Virus record (IMG/VR): IMGVR_UViG_3300049846_001717
Location: 34,056-98,055 of that record
Direction: 5' to 3' (one strand)
Source of the DNA: a virus
DNA: 64,000 bases
Part shown: piece after piece, positions 38,553 through 49,271 of the stretch
Position numbering within the stretch: the first letter of the stretch is position 1
Layout: every line of letters begins with the position of its first letter
The notes under the pieces: model-generated
The model's input: the letters and a program-made list of their open reading frames with translations, nothing else
Databases searched by the model: none
Told to the model about the DNA's origin: nothing
Translations under genes and position numbers: made by a program

Positions 38553-38924
38553 TTACTTCAACATCTCGATCACCGACTGCAGCGCCATGTACTCCGGGGA
38601 AAAGATGCCCATCGCCGCATCGTATCCGGAAATGAAGGCGACGATACTGAACATCACACCACCGAAAAGGCCCAGAATGATACGCCACTCTCCGTAGGGG
38701 TCGTCGCCGCACGTCGAATAACTCTTGGTGAACTTGACGCAGAGAACCACCATCACGATGCTGACGATGAAGAGGAAGGCGGAGTACACGCCGAAGGCGA
38801 ACTCGCCACGCACGAGGATGAGCCAGAGGCCTTCGACGGTGGAACCGAACTTCGCCGCAAGCACGGAGAGAATATCCTGCACGTTCTTGGCGATGGTAGT
38901 GGTAACGCTGGTGGTATCGAACAT
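38553..38924 (-). CDS. membrane protein
   Basis: two TMs; own cassette promoter. Confidence 0.7.
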   Translation of the reverse strand: MFDTTSVTTTIAKNVQDILSVLAAKFGSTVEGLWLILVRGEFAFGVYSAFLFIVSIVMVVLCVKFTKSYSTCGDDPYGEWRIILGLFGGVMFSIVAFISGYDAAMGIFSPEYMALQSVIEMLK

Positions 38925-39028
38925 CGTGATTTGTCCTATGAAAGGGTATGTGAGTAATATAGACCATATGAAGGATAAGTCAATCCTCTTGATTTTTCGT
39001 TACAATCCGTGGCCTTTCGGCCTGGCGG

Positions 39029-39562
39029 TCAGAACGACACCACCTTGCCGAGGGCCTTACGGACCCTGGTCCGGCCGGCCGCACCGGAGTTCGACATCAT
39101 CCAGAGTGCCCAGTCGAGCAGCGTGAGCGGGATACCCGTCTTTCGGTCCTTGAACCCCATCGGGTGCGGCATCCCATTGAGGGCCGTCCGCAGGTCCGAG
39201 TCGTTCGCCAGACGCCAGTTGAGTTCGTCGCTGGCCGTCCGCTCCCGGTCGTGCTTGGCCGCGAGCACCATCTTGCGACGGTCCCGCTCGAGAGGCGAGT
39301 CATTCGACTCCTTGGCGGCCTTCCCGACGCACACGTTCCCGACGATGAATTCCTTGCCGTTGGCGTCACGGATGATGCAGCACTCGGCGATCCCCTGCGA
39401 GCAGTAGGCGCAGGTGCCCATCGGCTGGCCGGGAGCGCCGACTTCGCACGTGACCCCTGGGAACTTCGGATCGATGTACTTGATCGGCCCCACGCGATAC
39501 TCGACCCCGACGCAGCGGAAGGGGGCGACACCGAGGCCAGCACGCTCGAACGGATGGGTCAC
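39029..39562 (-). CDS. Zn-binding hypothetical protein
   Basis: HPFERAGLG...GTCAYC...FIVGNVCV. Confidence 0.7.
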   Translation of the reverse strand: MTHPFERAGLGVAPFRCVGVEYRVGPIKYIDPKFPGVTCEVGAPGQPMGTCAYCSQGIAECCIIRDANGKEFIVGNVCVGKAAKESNDSPLERDRRKMVLAAKHDRERTASDELNWRLANDSDLRTALNGMPHPMGFKDRKTGIPLTLLDWALWMMSNSGAAGRTRVRKALGKVVSF

Positions 39563-39980
39563 AAGAGGCTCCAGTAGGGTGTGAATGAAATATAATAATA
39601 CCAGGGACACTGGCAACAGCGAATTTTTCCGTTACAATCGACGGTGCGTCCACGAGGACGCTGGTTCATTTATTTTACGAGTTTCCGGATTCTCGACTTC
39701 ACTCGGTTCACATCACGGTCGATCTCATCCCACGACCGGTCCTCACCCAGCTCGAACTCGACGGCCAGCGACATCAGTGCATCCATCAGTTGGTCGAGTG
39801 ACATTTCCTGGATGGGGATGGTATACCCAGGAATGTAATGTTGGATGGCCATGTTGAGACTCCGTGGAGGTGTGACTGTAATATAATAAAAGATGTGGTC
39901 AGGTCAAGCGGTCGTTACAATCGACGGACGGTGGTGACCTTTTGAGTCACCATTAAGGGCCACGCCCGCCGTCGTACGAC

Positions 39981-40292
39981 TTAGATACCGGTCCGCATCA
40001 CGGCATCCTCGAGCTCCGCCTTCGTGGCCTTGACCGTGTTGCCCGACCGATCGTTCTCGGCGACGAGGACGAGGTCGCCGAAGATCGGCGAACCATAGTC
40101 GTTATGGTAGGTCAACGGCAGGTTGAGTGCGATACCGTCCTCGTTGCAGTAGATACTGATCATGATGCCCGGTCGTGCGGTCGGGACGCGATCGGCCGTC
40201 TCGATATAGCCACCGACGATGGCCTGCATTTCCTCGAGCGTCGGCACGCCCTCGTGGAACTCGGTCACACCATTCTTGATCGTCGCGTACAT
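39981..40292 (-). CDS. DUF3846-like protein
   Basis: TLEEMQAIVGGYIE...IYCNEDG...LPL...IFGDLVLV. Confidence 0.8.
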   Translation of the reverse strand: MYATIKNGVTEFHEGVPTLEEMQAIVGGYIETADRVPTARPGIMISIYCNEDGIALNLPLTYHNDYGSPIFGDLVLVAENDRSGNTVKATKAELEDAVMRTGI

Positions 40293-40377
40293 CGTCGTAC
40301 TCCGTTGGGGTGTGACTGTAATATAGGGCCATTCTGAAATAAGTCAAGCGGTTGTTACAATCGACGGTGACGCGCAA

Positions 40378-40409
40378 GAAAAACGGCCATTCCGTCGAAT
40401 GGCCGCTTT
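40378..40409 (-). terminator. intrinsic terminator
   Basis: CGGCCATTC/GAATGGCCG stem followed by T-run on - strand. Confidence 0.8.
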
Positions 40410-41222
40410 CCCGGCGGTGGTTCCTTGCCGCCTCGCTCTTCCCGTATGACCCTTAGACTTATGTTTCGCGGCGTCACGAGTCTTGGCGCCTTCTGCTCGA
40501 TCTAGCTCGGAGGGACTGCGATTTCAGTCAATACGTAAAGAACTGGTGATTCCTCTTTTGTTGGTACACTTTATTTTTTCGTTCCGATATTTTTACTGTG
40601 CCTCGGAACGGGCGGCCCGACTACTCTGGTCAGTTCCTACAGATTCAATATCTCATTGATGTACCCGTTGGTGAGGGGTGTCAGTTGAGGTTTACGACAG
40701 GAATGTACCACGGGGACGAATGAAAGTCAAGAGGCGTGACGCTTCGTGTTCACGCTCGAGATGATCGACGAGATCCAGTGCGAGCTCCTTCGCCACCGTC
40801 ACGTTGTCCTCTTTCATGTGTCGGATGCACCGGTTGAGGTCACGGATCTGCTTGCGGAGTCGCTTGATCTTCCGCACGTGCTCCGGGTACTTCATGAGCC
40901 GCTTCTCGTCCATCAACTTGTCCGCACGTTCTCGAGCGTTCATCAGATCCTCTCGATCAGGAGATCGGCCTTGAGCAGTTCCGGCGTGGTCATGCGGAGT
41001 CCCTGCTTGCGGAGCGCCTTGAGCCGACCCACGAGCGTGGTACGGATGGCCGGCATCGCGTCACGCTCATTCTTGACCTTGACACCGTAGACGAACGTGC
41101 TGATCACATCGATCGACAGATCGATCGTCTGCTTCGTCTTGATCTCGCGGGGCTGTTCGATCGTCACCTTGAAGTTCATATGCTGCTCAGTTGGGGTATG
41201 GGAGAAAGCTACTGCGGTTCGG

Positions 41223-41669
41223 TCAGGAAGTCAAGCGGTCCCATTCGATCATCCGTTCGTGGATAGGCAGGTGCCGGCACTTCGGGCACGCCCCACGGAT
41301 CCGGCGGTGACGCTTAACTGTGAAGTTACAGTGACGACATGTACCGACGACAGTACGTTCGACATTCATTACGCCACACCGTTCTCCCGTATCGCCGAGA
41401 GCGATGGCCTTCGCCCGCCACACTGCGTCGTGCCCGTGGCCATGACCGACGATGGCATGTGCGAGCTCATGCGCCACGACCTGGGTGGCTCGCTTGAGGC
41501 CCATCGGAAGCACGTGCACCGAAACTTCGATGGTCTTACGGTCGTATCGGCAGACCCCGAGTCGTGTCTTGTTCGTGTTGAATCGGAAGCGCCACCCGAC
41601 GAGGTTGTGGCGCTTGATCTCGGCTTCGGCGAGCTTGGTCACGGTGCGCTGCAGGGCAAGGTTTTCCAT
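41223..41669 (-). CDS. SprT-like Zn metalloprotease
   Basis: TRLGVCRY...HELAHA...GHGHDAVW; C-terminal CxxC...CxxC. Confidence 0.88.
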   Translation of the reverse strand: MENLALQRTVTKLAEAEIKRHNLVGWRFRFNTNKTRLGVCRYDRKTIEVSVHVLPMGLKRATQVVAHELAHAIVGHGHGHDAVWRAKAIALGDTGERCGVMNVERTVVGTCRHCNFTVKRHRRIRGACPKCRHLPIHERMIEWDRLTS

Positions 41670-42751
41670 GTCCGTAATATACAGTGATGTCCGATTAAGT
41701 CAATAGTGACTTTTGATTTCGTTACAATCCGTGGCCCTTAGCTCGTGCACAACCGGCACGAGCAGACCACTGGCGGACTGAACCCCACCGCGGCATTCAT
41801 CGGATCCTCTTCGGCGGCGAGCTTGCATCCGGCCTCGCGCATTTCCGTCTCCTGTTCCGTGATGTGCCGGTTGTAGTCTCGGCACTGCTGTGAACAGAGG
41901 ATGTCCCCATGTGGCTCGCCGTCCGTCTCGACCCAGGTTCCGCAGATGATGCACCGTTCCATGTTCGATGGTCCTCAGCAGGCGTTGGCCGCGCGGTGGT
42001 ATTCCTTGGCGATTCGAAGCAGACGGATCGATTCGTCCTCACGACCGGCAGCATTCTCCAGGTCGGCCCACCGAAGGTATTGGTTCCCCAGTCGCTCGAG
42101 TTGATCGCGGGTCATGTTAGGCCTCCAGGCCACAGGCGGTGAGGAACTTGTTCCGGTCGAACCGCGGGTTCTCCCGCTCGAGATCGTCGGCCACTTCCTC
42201 GACCGTGGTTTCCCACTGATCCTTCGCGCCGGCCTGACGTTCGTCGTTCGACGGCAGGTGAAGACGGGAGGACCGAAGGGCCGAGGCGATGAGTTCGTAA
42301 TCCTTGCGAGTCATTCGATACTCCGTGTGGGGTGTGAAAGAAATATAATAGACTCTGGCGGGCTGGCAACAGCAAGTTTCGTTACAATCGACGGACCATC
42401 GTGAGACTATCTCACGATGATACGGGCGTCATACCCATCGTGATCGATGAGCGACCGCCGAACTTCCTCGATCGTGTATCCCGTGAACCACACCGTATCG
42501 ATGTGGCGACCGTTCAGATACACGGTATAAGCACGAGTGTTGGGTTTCATATGGCCCGTCCGATGATTTTGATCGTGGTACGGGGCGAGTTCAGGCCGAG
42601 GCTTTCACGTGCGATGATCTTGGCGTAATCGCACCGAGTCCGCACCAGATCTTCGGCATACTGCTCCGATTCGGTATCGACGGTGAATACCTCGGCCGTT
42701 TCGGCGACTTCGCCTTCGTGTCGATGGCCGCCGACGACGATGTAGAACACG

Positions 42752-43069
42752 TTAGTCCACCTTGAGCGAGAGGTACGCGGGACCGACATCGTACATCACC
42801 GTACGACCCTTCCGCGTCTGCGTCACGAACCCGGCCTCGGTCGCGGCGGAGAAGATGTACGCACCCCATCCCCGCACCGACGAAGTGTTCTGCGAGTTGA
42901 TCCCGAAGACGTCCTGCAGGATCTGGGCACGGGTGCGGGGACCGTTGACGTAGAGGTAGAACGTGATCCGACGAAGACGGGACTTCGGGTTCGACGGCGA
43001 CTTGGCGAGGTTCAGGCCGTTGTGCTTGATGAAACCGAAGGGGCGGTTCGTGCGACGGGTCGGGTACAT
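42752..43069 (-). CDS. small wHTH-like basic protein
   Basis: GPRTRAQIL...GFVTQTRKGRTVMY. Confidence 0.55.
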   Translation of the reverse strand: MYPTRRTNRPFGFIKHNGLNLAKSPSNPKSRLRRITFYLYVNGPRTRAQILQDVFGINSQNTSSVRGWGAYIFSAATEAGFVTQTRKGRTVMYDVGPAYLSLKVD

Positions 43070-43193
43070 TGTAGCTCCGTGTCGGGTGTGAGTGTAATAT
43101 AATAGGGTCTATCGGTCTGGCAACAGCGAATTTTGCAAAATCCGATTTTCGTTACAATCGACGGAGTGCCAGGCACCCCGACGGAGTGCCCTT

Positions 43194-43412
43194 TCATCGA
43201 GTCCTCAGACAGGAGATGTCGGTGTCGTAGATGATGTAACAGACCACGCCTTCCGATCGGTCGTACACCTTCCGAAGCGCGCTGTCCTCGAACCGTTGGA
43301 CCGCGTGGGATCGACGCGTCGGACCATCGACGAACTTCGGGATCGTGATCGCGGCGAGGATGCCGATGATGACGACGACGATGAGCCACTCGAGCGGTGG
43401 GAGATTCTTCAT
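43194..43412 (-). CDS. type IV pilin-like peptide lacking the G|F prepilin cleavage site
   Basis: LEWLIVVVIIGILAAITIPKF matches the pilin alpha1-N helix. Confidence 0.7.
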   Translation of the reverse strand: MKNLPPLEWLIVVVIIGILAAITIPKFVDGPTRRSHAVQRFEDSALRKVYDRSEGVVCYIIYDTDISCLRTR

Positions 43413-43504
43413 ACGGTACGGTCCTCATTGGTGGAGTTCATAGTCGTAATATACCACATATGCTGAAGAAGGCAACAGCGAGTTTCGTTACAATCGACGG
43501 GAAC

Positions 43505-44160
43505 ACGCACGACAACGGGCACCAGCCTCGTGCCGATGCCCGTTGCGTTTCTTTAATCTCGGATTCTTAGGATTGACTACCCGCGGATCACCGAGCCAAA
43601 TCCGATCCCATTGTAGTATGGGCCTGCTCAGTAGACTGCGGCGCCTACTGAACGATTGAGTGACGGTTTCTCGATCTACCGCCAACGTCCTGCATTGTGA
43701 AGTCTGCCCCTGCGGGGACTTGAACCCCGATTCTTTCGATATCACCGTACTCGCTCGCGCTTCTGCAGAGCCCTTCGAGCTTTCGGTATTAATGAGACTG
43801 TGGGGGACGATCCCACCTACCCACGGCACTAGCCGATATATCGACCGAATCGATACGGTCATAGGGTTGCTCCAACCGTTTCGAGGACGGTTTCAGAGTC
43901 TCACTACAACTTAGTGTTCGGGTTAGGCGGCGTTCCCTTGACCACTTCGGGATTGCTCTTACCTCCATGTCCCACTAGCCTGAGCGGTAGTGTGGTGGAC
44001 CCGATCGGACCACCCGAACACCTACAAGTTACTGCGTGGTGTTTCGATTGTCAAGTGTGACGGATGGCTCGAAAGACTCACGGCCGCCGCGCTTACCCCA
44101 TCCCCTTTCCGTTTCTTTCAACGGGTGTCTAGTGGGTTCCGTTCACACCTATCACACTGG
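43505..44160 (-). ncRNA. ORF-less cassette with several structured RNA domains
   Basis: own promoters; closing stems AGTGTGA/TCACACT, GTGTTCGGG/CCCGAACAC, TGAGACT/AGTCTCA; T-arm CGGGG-TTCAAGT-CCCCG. Confidence 0.55.
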
Positions 44161-44258
44161 TAAATATATAGTGGAGACTGCCAGTGGCAACAGCGAGTTT
44201 CACCCTTGACTTTTTGTTACAATCGACGGAAATCAGATTTCTCCGATTTCGTTGGACG

Positions 44259-44783
44259 TTACTTAACGGCCCACTTGAACCACGCCGAACGAGCCTCGTC
44301 CTCGGGCAGAACATTGAGGATCACACCCCCGGCCGCCCACGACGGCACGTACTCCGCCTGCAACACCTCACGAAGTCGAGTCGGTTCCATCGAACGAGAT
44401 GAGAGAATCTGATTGTCGGGCATGAGCACCAACAGCTTGGTGCTCAGTTCCTTTCTGAACACACGCTCGAGACGAATCTGCTCCTTGCGCAGCACCTGTT
44501 CGTGTACGAGGTTGTCGATCACATCCTCGGCGGACTCGGACTGATGGACGAACGGCGAGCCGTCCTCGTCGAGGATGTCCGTGACGACTGGCGGCAGTGA
44601 CTTCGCGTAGGCCACGAGATCGGCACGAACAGGGTTCGAAATGCTGAGTTCGGTGGGTCCGCCGCGACCGTAGTTCCTCGCGGACCCCGCCAGCTTTCCA
44701 TCGATCAAGATGGAGGCGCGGAACGCGTACGTTTCCTCGGAGAGCGATGGGAAGTGTCGGAAGTTTCTCAGGCTGACATTCAT
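44259..44783 (-). CDS. hypothetical phage protein
   Basis: SEETYAFRASI...NYGRGGP motif. Confidence 0.75.
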   Translation of the reverse strand: MNVSLRNFRHFPSLSEETYAFRASILIDGKLAGSARNYGRGGPTELSISNPVRADLVAYAKSLPPVVTDILDEDGSPFVHQSESAEDVIDNLVHEQVLRKEQIRLERVFRKELSTKLLVLMPDNQILSSRSMEPTRLREVLQAEYVPSWAAGGVILNVLPEDEARSAWFKWAVK

Positions 44784-45365
44784 TGCGGCTCCATGTGGGT
44801 ACGACAGAAATCTATATCAATGATTATGGAAGTCAAGCGATTGTTACAATCGACGGGAAAACCAAATGGGCCATCCTCCGTATTCCAGAGGATGACCCAT
44901 ATCGCTGAATCGGGCGGGCCCATGGTCCCATTTCGTCCATCACTGGCCCGACACTCTAGCGTGGCGACACCGCTGTTCCATCCTAGCCACATCACATTGT
45001 CCCCGTGGGACAAATCCCATGGCTTCGGTTTGCCGTGAAACCCGACACCGACCTTGCGCCATCGATTTATATACCGATATGGGCATTAGCGGTGACAATC
45101 TTGTGTCACTCGACTTCGATCCAACATCGCTTTACCCACTACCTCGATCCGTCGGCTACGAGGGGCTCATCGGTTCCCACACTACAAGTATATAGCGGTG
45201 ACGCAGGGAAGTCAAGCGGTCGTTACAATCGACGGAAAGTGAAACGGGACGCTTCCCCGGATGAGGTAGAAGCGCCCCGACTGATTTGGCCGATCAGTTT
45301 ATCCGTTTCGTGGATTAGTCGTCGGAGTCATTCGCTATCGCAGGGCGACTCGGGAAGTAAACCCA

Positions 45366-45605
45366 TTACTTCGGTGCCAACATTGCCATGAAATCCGAGA
45401 CGAGTCGGTTTCGAACGGCTTCGGTGATCCACACCGTGTAGACGTTCTGATCGTCATCCACGAACACGAGCTTGGTGTTGCCGTTCGGCTTCTGCTTGAG
45501 GACGACGACCTCGACCATCGTGTGATCCAGCGCGACCACCTGATTGATGTGTCCACTGACCGCCGAGTCGAGAGACACAGGGACATCTTGGCTGATCTTG
45601 AGCAT
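45366..45605 (-). CDS. hypothetical protein
   Basis: GAGG SD; MLKISQDV start. Confidence 0.6.
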   Translation of the reverse strand: MLKISQDVPVSLDSAVSGHINQVVALDHTMVEVVVLKQKPNGNTKLVFVDDDQNVYTVWITEAVRNRLVSDFMAMLAPK

Positions 45606-45858
45606 TTGCTGAATTCCTCGAATGGTGATCTCGTTCACCAAGTAGACGGTTCGAGTTGAACGCCCCCGAACGAGCGTGAAATTAGTTGACCGACTTGCTG
45701 AATTTGTAGCTTCACGAGCAAGATTATCACTCTTGTGGGATATACCCAAATCGGCTTGACGGCGATGAACCCGTTGTTCCGATAACCCGATCCGATGAGC
45801 TGACCGTGATGGACTTCGAACCCCCACATCACTTTCCGGCATTTGTCTACACGGTCAA

Positions 45859-45931
45859 TAGCTCTTACGGGAATCGAACCCGTCTCTGCTCCTTGAAAGG
45901 GAGCCGTCCTCTACCGATAGACGAAAGAGCC
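45859..45931 (-). tRNA. tRNA-Glu(TTC), outside main array
   Basis: GCTCC-CTTTCAA-GGAGC; canonical arms. Confidence 0.93.
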
Positions 45932-46279
45932 CTGCAATGGTCAGTGAAGGATTTGAACCCTCGAGCGCCTGACGGGCGATTCCGGCTTACGCCTGACCGT
46001 GGTGGTGTGGGGACTGGTGACCTATCAAGTCACCAATCTTATTTTACTTCCGTCACACCCCGGAAGGTCTGATCTAGGCTCAGACTTTGAAACCCTATCG
46101 ACATTTTCGTTCTTCGACAGTATACGCCGCTGATGGTCGCGGATCACCTTGGGTTTGATTTTACGTCCCAACCCTGAGACGGATATAGGGAACGGTACCT
46201 GTCGGCTTCGAAGGCATAACGACTTCCCGCCCCACACCTTCAATCTACCCTCATGCCTCCGAAAAGGCAAGTGGGTCGA

Positions 46280-46585
46280 TTACTTCCGGCCCGTCGCCGC
46301 CCGATACGCGTCGGCGATCAGGAGCACCAGCTCGATCGTCTGGAACTGATCGGGCACGTAGTCGTCGAGCAGCGTCTTGAGGCGCGTATCGTGGTTGACG
46401 TTACCATCGGCGTCATCGAAGACCCACTGATCCGTGAACCACGGACCGACCCTATCGCCGTCCTGCGTGAGATAGGTCAGACCCCTGGGCACGAACGCGA
46501 TCTTGTTATGGAACTTGGCCACCTCGGGCGGCATCACGATCACGACGACCTTTGCGGCACGGGGACGAGCGGTAGAACGGGGCAT
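46280..46585 (-). CDS. hypothetical protein
   Basis: ORF with high GC3. Confidence 0.6.
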   Translation of the reverse strand: MPRSTARPRAAKVVVIVMPPEVAKFHNKIAFVPRGLTYLTQDGDRVGPWFTDQWVFDDADGNVNHDTRLKTLLDDYVPDQFQTIELVLLIADAYRAATGRK

Positions 46586-46607
46586 GAGGAACTCTCGGAA
46601 AAGGGTT

Positions 46608-46880
46608 TTATGGCAGAGGAAGGATCATGATGCCGTCCGTATTACAGACGGTACTCGATGTGGCACGTTTGCCGCACTGATTATCCACACCACCACCGAA
46701 CGACTTGGCGATCTTCACTATCGTGCTTCTACGGCCGTATCCACCACCGATCAGTTTATGAACGCTGATGTGAGTGATGCGACCGACGGCGATGGCACCG
46801 CTCTGATTGTAGACGACCTCTTGGTCCACTTCGAGTGGACGACCGAGAACATCGACGGCGGCATCAGTGGCGGATTTCAT
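46608..46880 (-). CDS. hypothetical SH3-like protein
   Basis: DVLGRPLEVDQEVVY; leaderless start. Confidence 0.6.
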   Translation of the reverse strand: MKSATDAAVDVLGRPLEVDQEVVYNQSGAIAVGRITHISVHKLIGGGYGRRSTIVKIAKSFGGGVDNQCGKRATSSTVCNTDGIMILPLP

Positions 46881-46992
46881 AGAAGAATGATAGTGTGGGG
46901 CGTCCTAGAAGTCAAGCGTTCGTTACAATCGACGGACACCGTCACCGCATCCTCTAGGGGGACACGGTGACGGGCGGGACGGGAAACCGATT

Positions 46993-48189
46993 TTACGGCG
47001 TTTCCTCATCCCACGGCAGATCCGACATCTGTTCCTCGGCCATGTCGAACGGCGTGGACTTCGCGCCATCGACCGGGATGTACTTCTGCGCCATCTTGCG
47101 GACGAACGACCGCGGGGACGTTGCGCCACCGGCGTCACTGTACTGCGGGTACACCGTGACCTCGAGCGCGTCCACGAGCGAGAAGCCGTCGTACAGCAGC
47201 TCCGACAGCTCGATGGTGGTGCGCGTCGAGACACCATCGGGGATGTTCGATTCCTCACCGGCGGCCTCGGTACGCGTGGCGACGGCGATGTTCACGACCG
47301 CCTGCAGCAGTCGGTCCTCCACACCATCGGCGAACCGTTCCCGCAGGAGTTCCAGCTCATCGTCGCGGCCGAGCGGTTCCACTTCCACGATGCTGAATCG
47401 GTCGGCGAGGGCGCCGTCGAGCACGCGCGTGGCGGTGTACTGCGACCCGATATTGGCCGTCGCGATGAACGTCACGCCGTCCGCAACGTCGATCGTCGGC
47501 GTCTTGGGATCCTCGTCCACGCGAAGGAACCGCTGCTTCTGGTCGAGGACCGGCATCAGGAGGTTCCACGCGTCGGGATGGGCACGCGTCAGCTCGTCGA
47601 GCAGGACGATGGCGTTCGGCGTCTGGATCGCCTTAGCGAAGTACGACAGCGCGGTGAAAGTGCCCTCACCGGCGGCGAAGTGCGTGTTGCCGATGATGAC
47701 CGAACGCGGGTCCTGTGTGGACCCGAGCGGAATGTTGAAGAGCGGACGGTCGAGCACCTTGGCGAGCGTGAACGCGAGCACCGTCTTGCCGGTGCCCTTC
47801 GGTCCCGTCACCATGATGTTCTTGCCGCGAAGGACGGAACGAACAGCGAACCGCCACTTCACATCGCTCATCTTGTACTCGGTGGGCCGGATCGCCGACG
47901 CGTTCGTGATGAACTTCACGATCTCGGCGTGGTCGGTGTCGCCGGCACGCGTCGGCGTGGTGAGCTGTTCGTTGAACTCGGACACGGGGCAGTTGCGCCA
48001 CTGGGCGCCACCCGCCGGCATCTTCGTCAGCTTGACACAGCCGGTATTCTCCACGGCGCGGCGCAGCTGATGATTCTCGAACACGGACGTCACATCCTTG
48101 CCGTCCGGCGTGATGGCGAGGTAGTCGCCGGCATCGCTCTTCGTGATACGAACGACGGTGTTGAAGGCGAGCGAGATCTTCTCGGACAT
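46993..48189 (-). CDS. MoxR/CbbQ-family AAA+ ATPase
   Basis: GPKGTGKT; VLLDELTRA; FIATANIG; DGALADRF; STR sensor II. Confidence 0.92.
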   Translation of the reverse strand: MSEKISLAFNTVVRITKSDAGDYLAITPDGKDVTSVFENHQLRRAVENTGCVKLTKMPAGGAQWRNCPVSEFNEQLTTPTRAGDTDHAEIVKFITNASAIRPTEYKMSDVKWRFAVRSVLRGKNIMVTGPKGTGKTVLAFTLAKVLDRPLFNIPLGSTQDPRSVIIGNTHFAAGEGTFTALSYFAKAIQTPNAIVLLDELTRAHPDAWNLLMPVLDQKQRFLRVDEDPKTPTIDVADGVTFIATANIGSQYTATRVLDGALADRFSIVEVEPLGRDDELELLRERFADGVEDRLLQAVVNIAVATRTEAAGEESNIPDGVSTRTTIELSELLYDGFSLVDALEVTVYPQYSDAGGATSPRSFVRKMAQKYIPVDGAKSTPFDMAEEQMSDLPWDEETP

Positions 48190-48911
48190 TGATTGGGCTC
48201 CCTAGAAGCCTTGAGGTAACTACGACTTACGATGAATGACGAAAGGTATAGCGGTCCCCTGGTAAAGTCAAGGGGGTCAAACGGACCGATTGTAACGAAA
48301 AATCGGGTATTGCTCAAAATGATGACATTGCCGTAGTGCTGTTGGAGTAGCCGCGATAAATATGATAGTATTATCGCTCACCAACCCTTCGACTCCGCAT
48401 CCTCATTATCTGAGAGAGATCTATCGATCCCCCCTCGGACTTGCACCGAGATTGTACGGGTTAAAAGCCCGCAAGATTAGCTACGGATACAGATTCGTGT
48501 GCGCTCTACACCTACACTACGGCAATATCGACATCTCAAAAAACACTGCTTTGAAACATCCAACCTACCACATCTTTCAACACATAGTAATCACAATATA
48601 ACCGAGCTGCTGAATCCGGTGCACAGGGGCCGGGCTAGGTACGTGTGACTGACTCCATTCGCACAGTCGGGCGGCACTTGAAGGGTGTGCCGTGCCCTAT
48701 CGTCGATCGTTACGTCATGGGAATGATTCTCCAGGGTTCCTACTTGGCTGGCCGAGGCGTTCGGGCCGCCGTCCTACACTCACATCAGATCGGTCGAGCA
48801 GGGGACTCGACATGCCGATCATTGGTACGATACTATCTGTGGCGCGGTGACGCGCGCGTCCACTCGTACCTACTGGTGCTCCGCTTGGACTGAGCCGAGC
48901 CGTGTGAGCGG

Positions 48912-49271
48912 TTAGCGTGCTTGCGGCACCTTCAAGTAGTGAATGAACGTGCCGTACTTCTTGGCGGCCATCACGGTCGTATCGCTGACGGGCACGGGTC
49001 GATCGCCGGTCCAGTCCCATTGCGTACAGTTGACGAGATTGCCGAAATACCATCGCATGTTCGGGGCGAGCTTGGACTTGGCGCCGAAGATATCGCCGGC
49101 GTCACACCGACCGGGCAGTGCATGACGAGCGACGAAATACATCACTTCGGGCGTGCCATCCACGGTCAGGATGATCTTGTCGAACTTGCGACCGGTTTCG
49201 ATATAGGGCTGACGCGCTGGGTCGATTAGACCCAGCAACGTCTGCAGCAACTGATTGTGATTCTCGAGCAT
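48912..49271 (-). CDS. hypothetical phage protein
   Basis: GRKFDKI...GDIFGAKS..AP....GN. Confidence 0.7.
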   Translation of the reverse strand: MLENHNQLLQTLLGLIDPARQPYIETGRKFDKIILTVDGTPEVMYFVARHALPGRCDAGDIFGAKSKLAPNMRWYFGNLVNCTQWDWTGDRPVPVSDTTVMAAKKYGTFIHYLKVPQAR

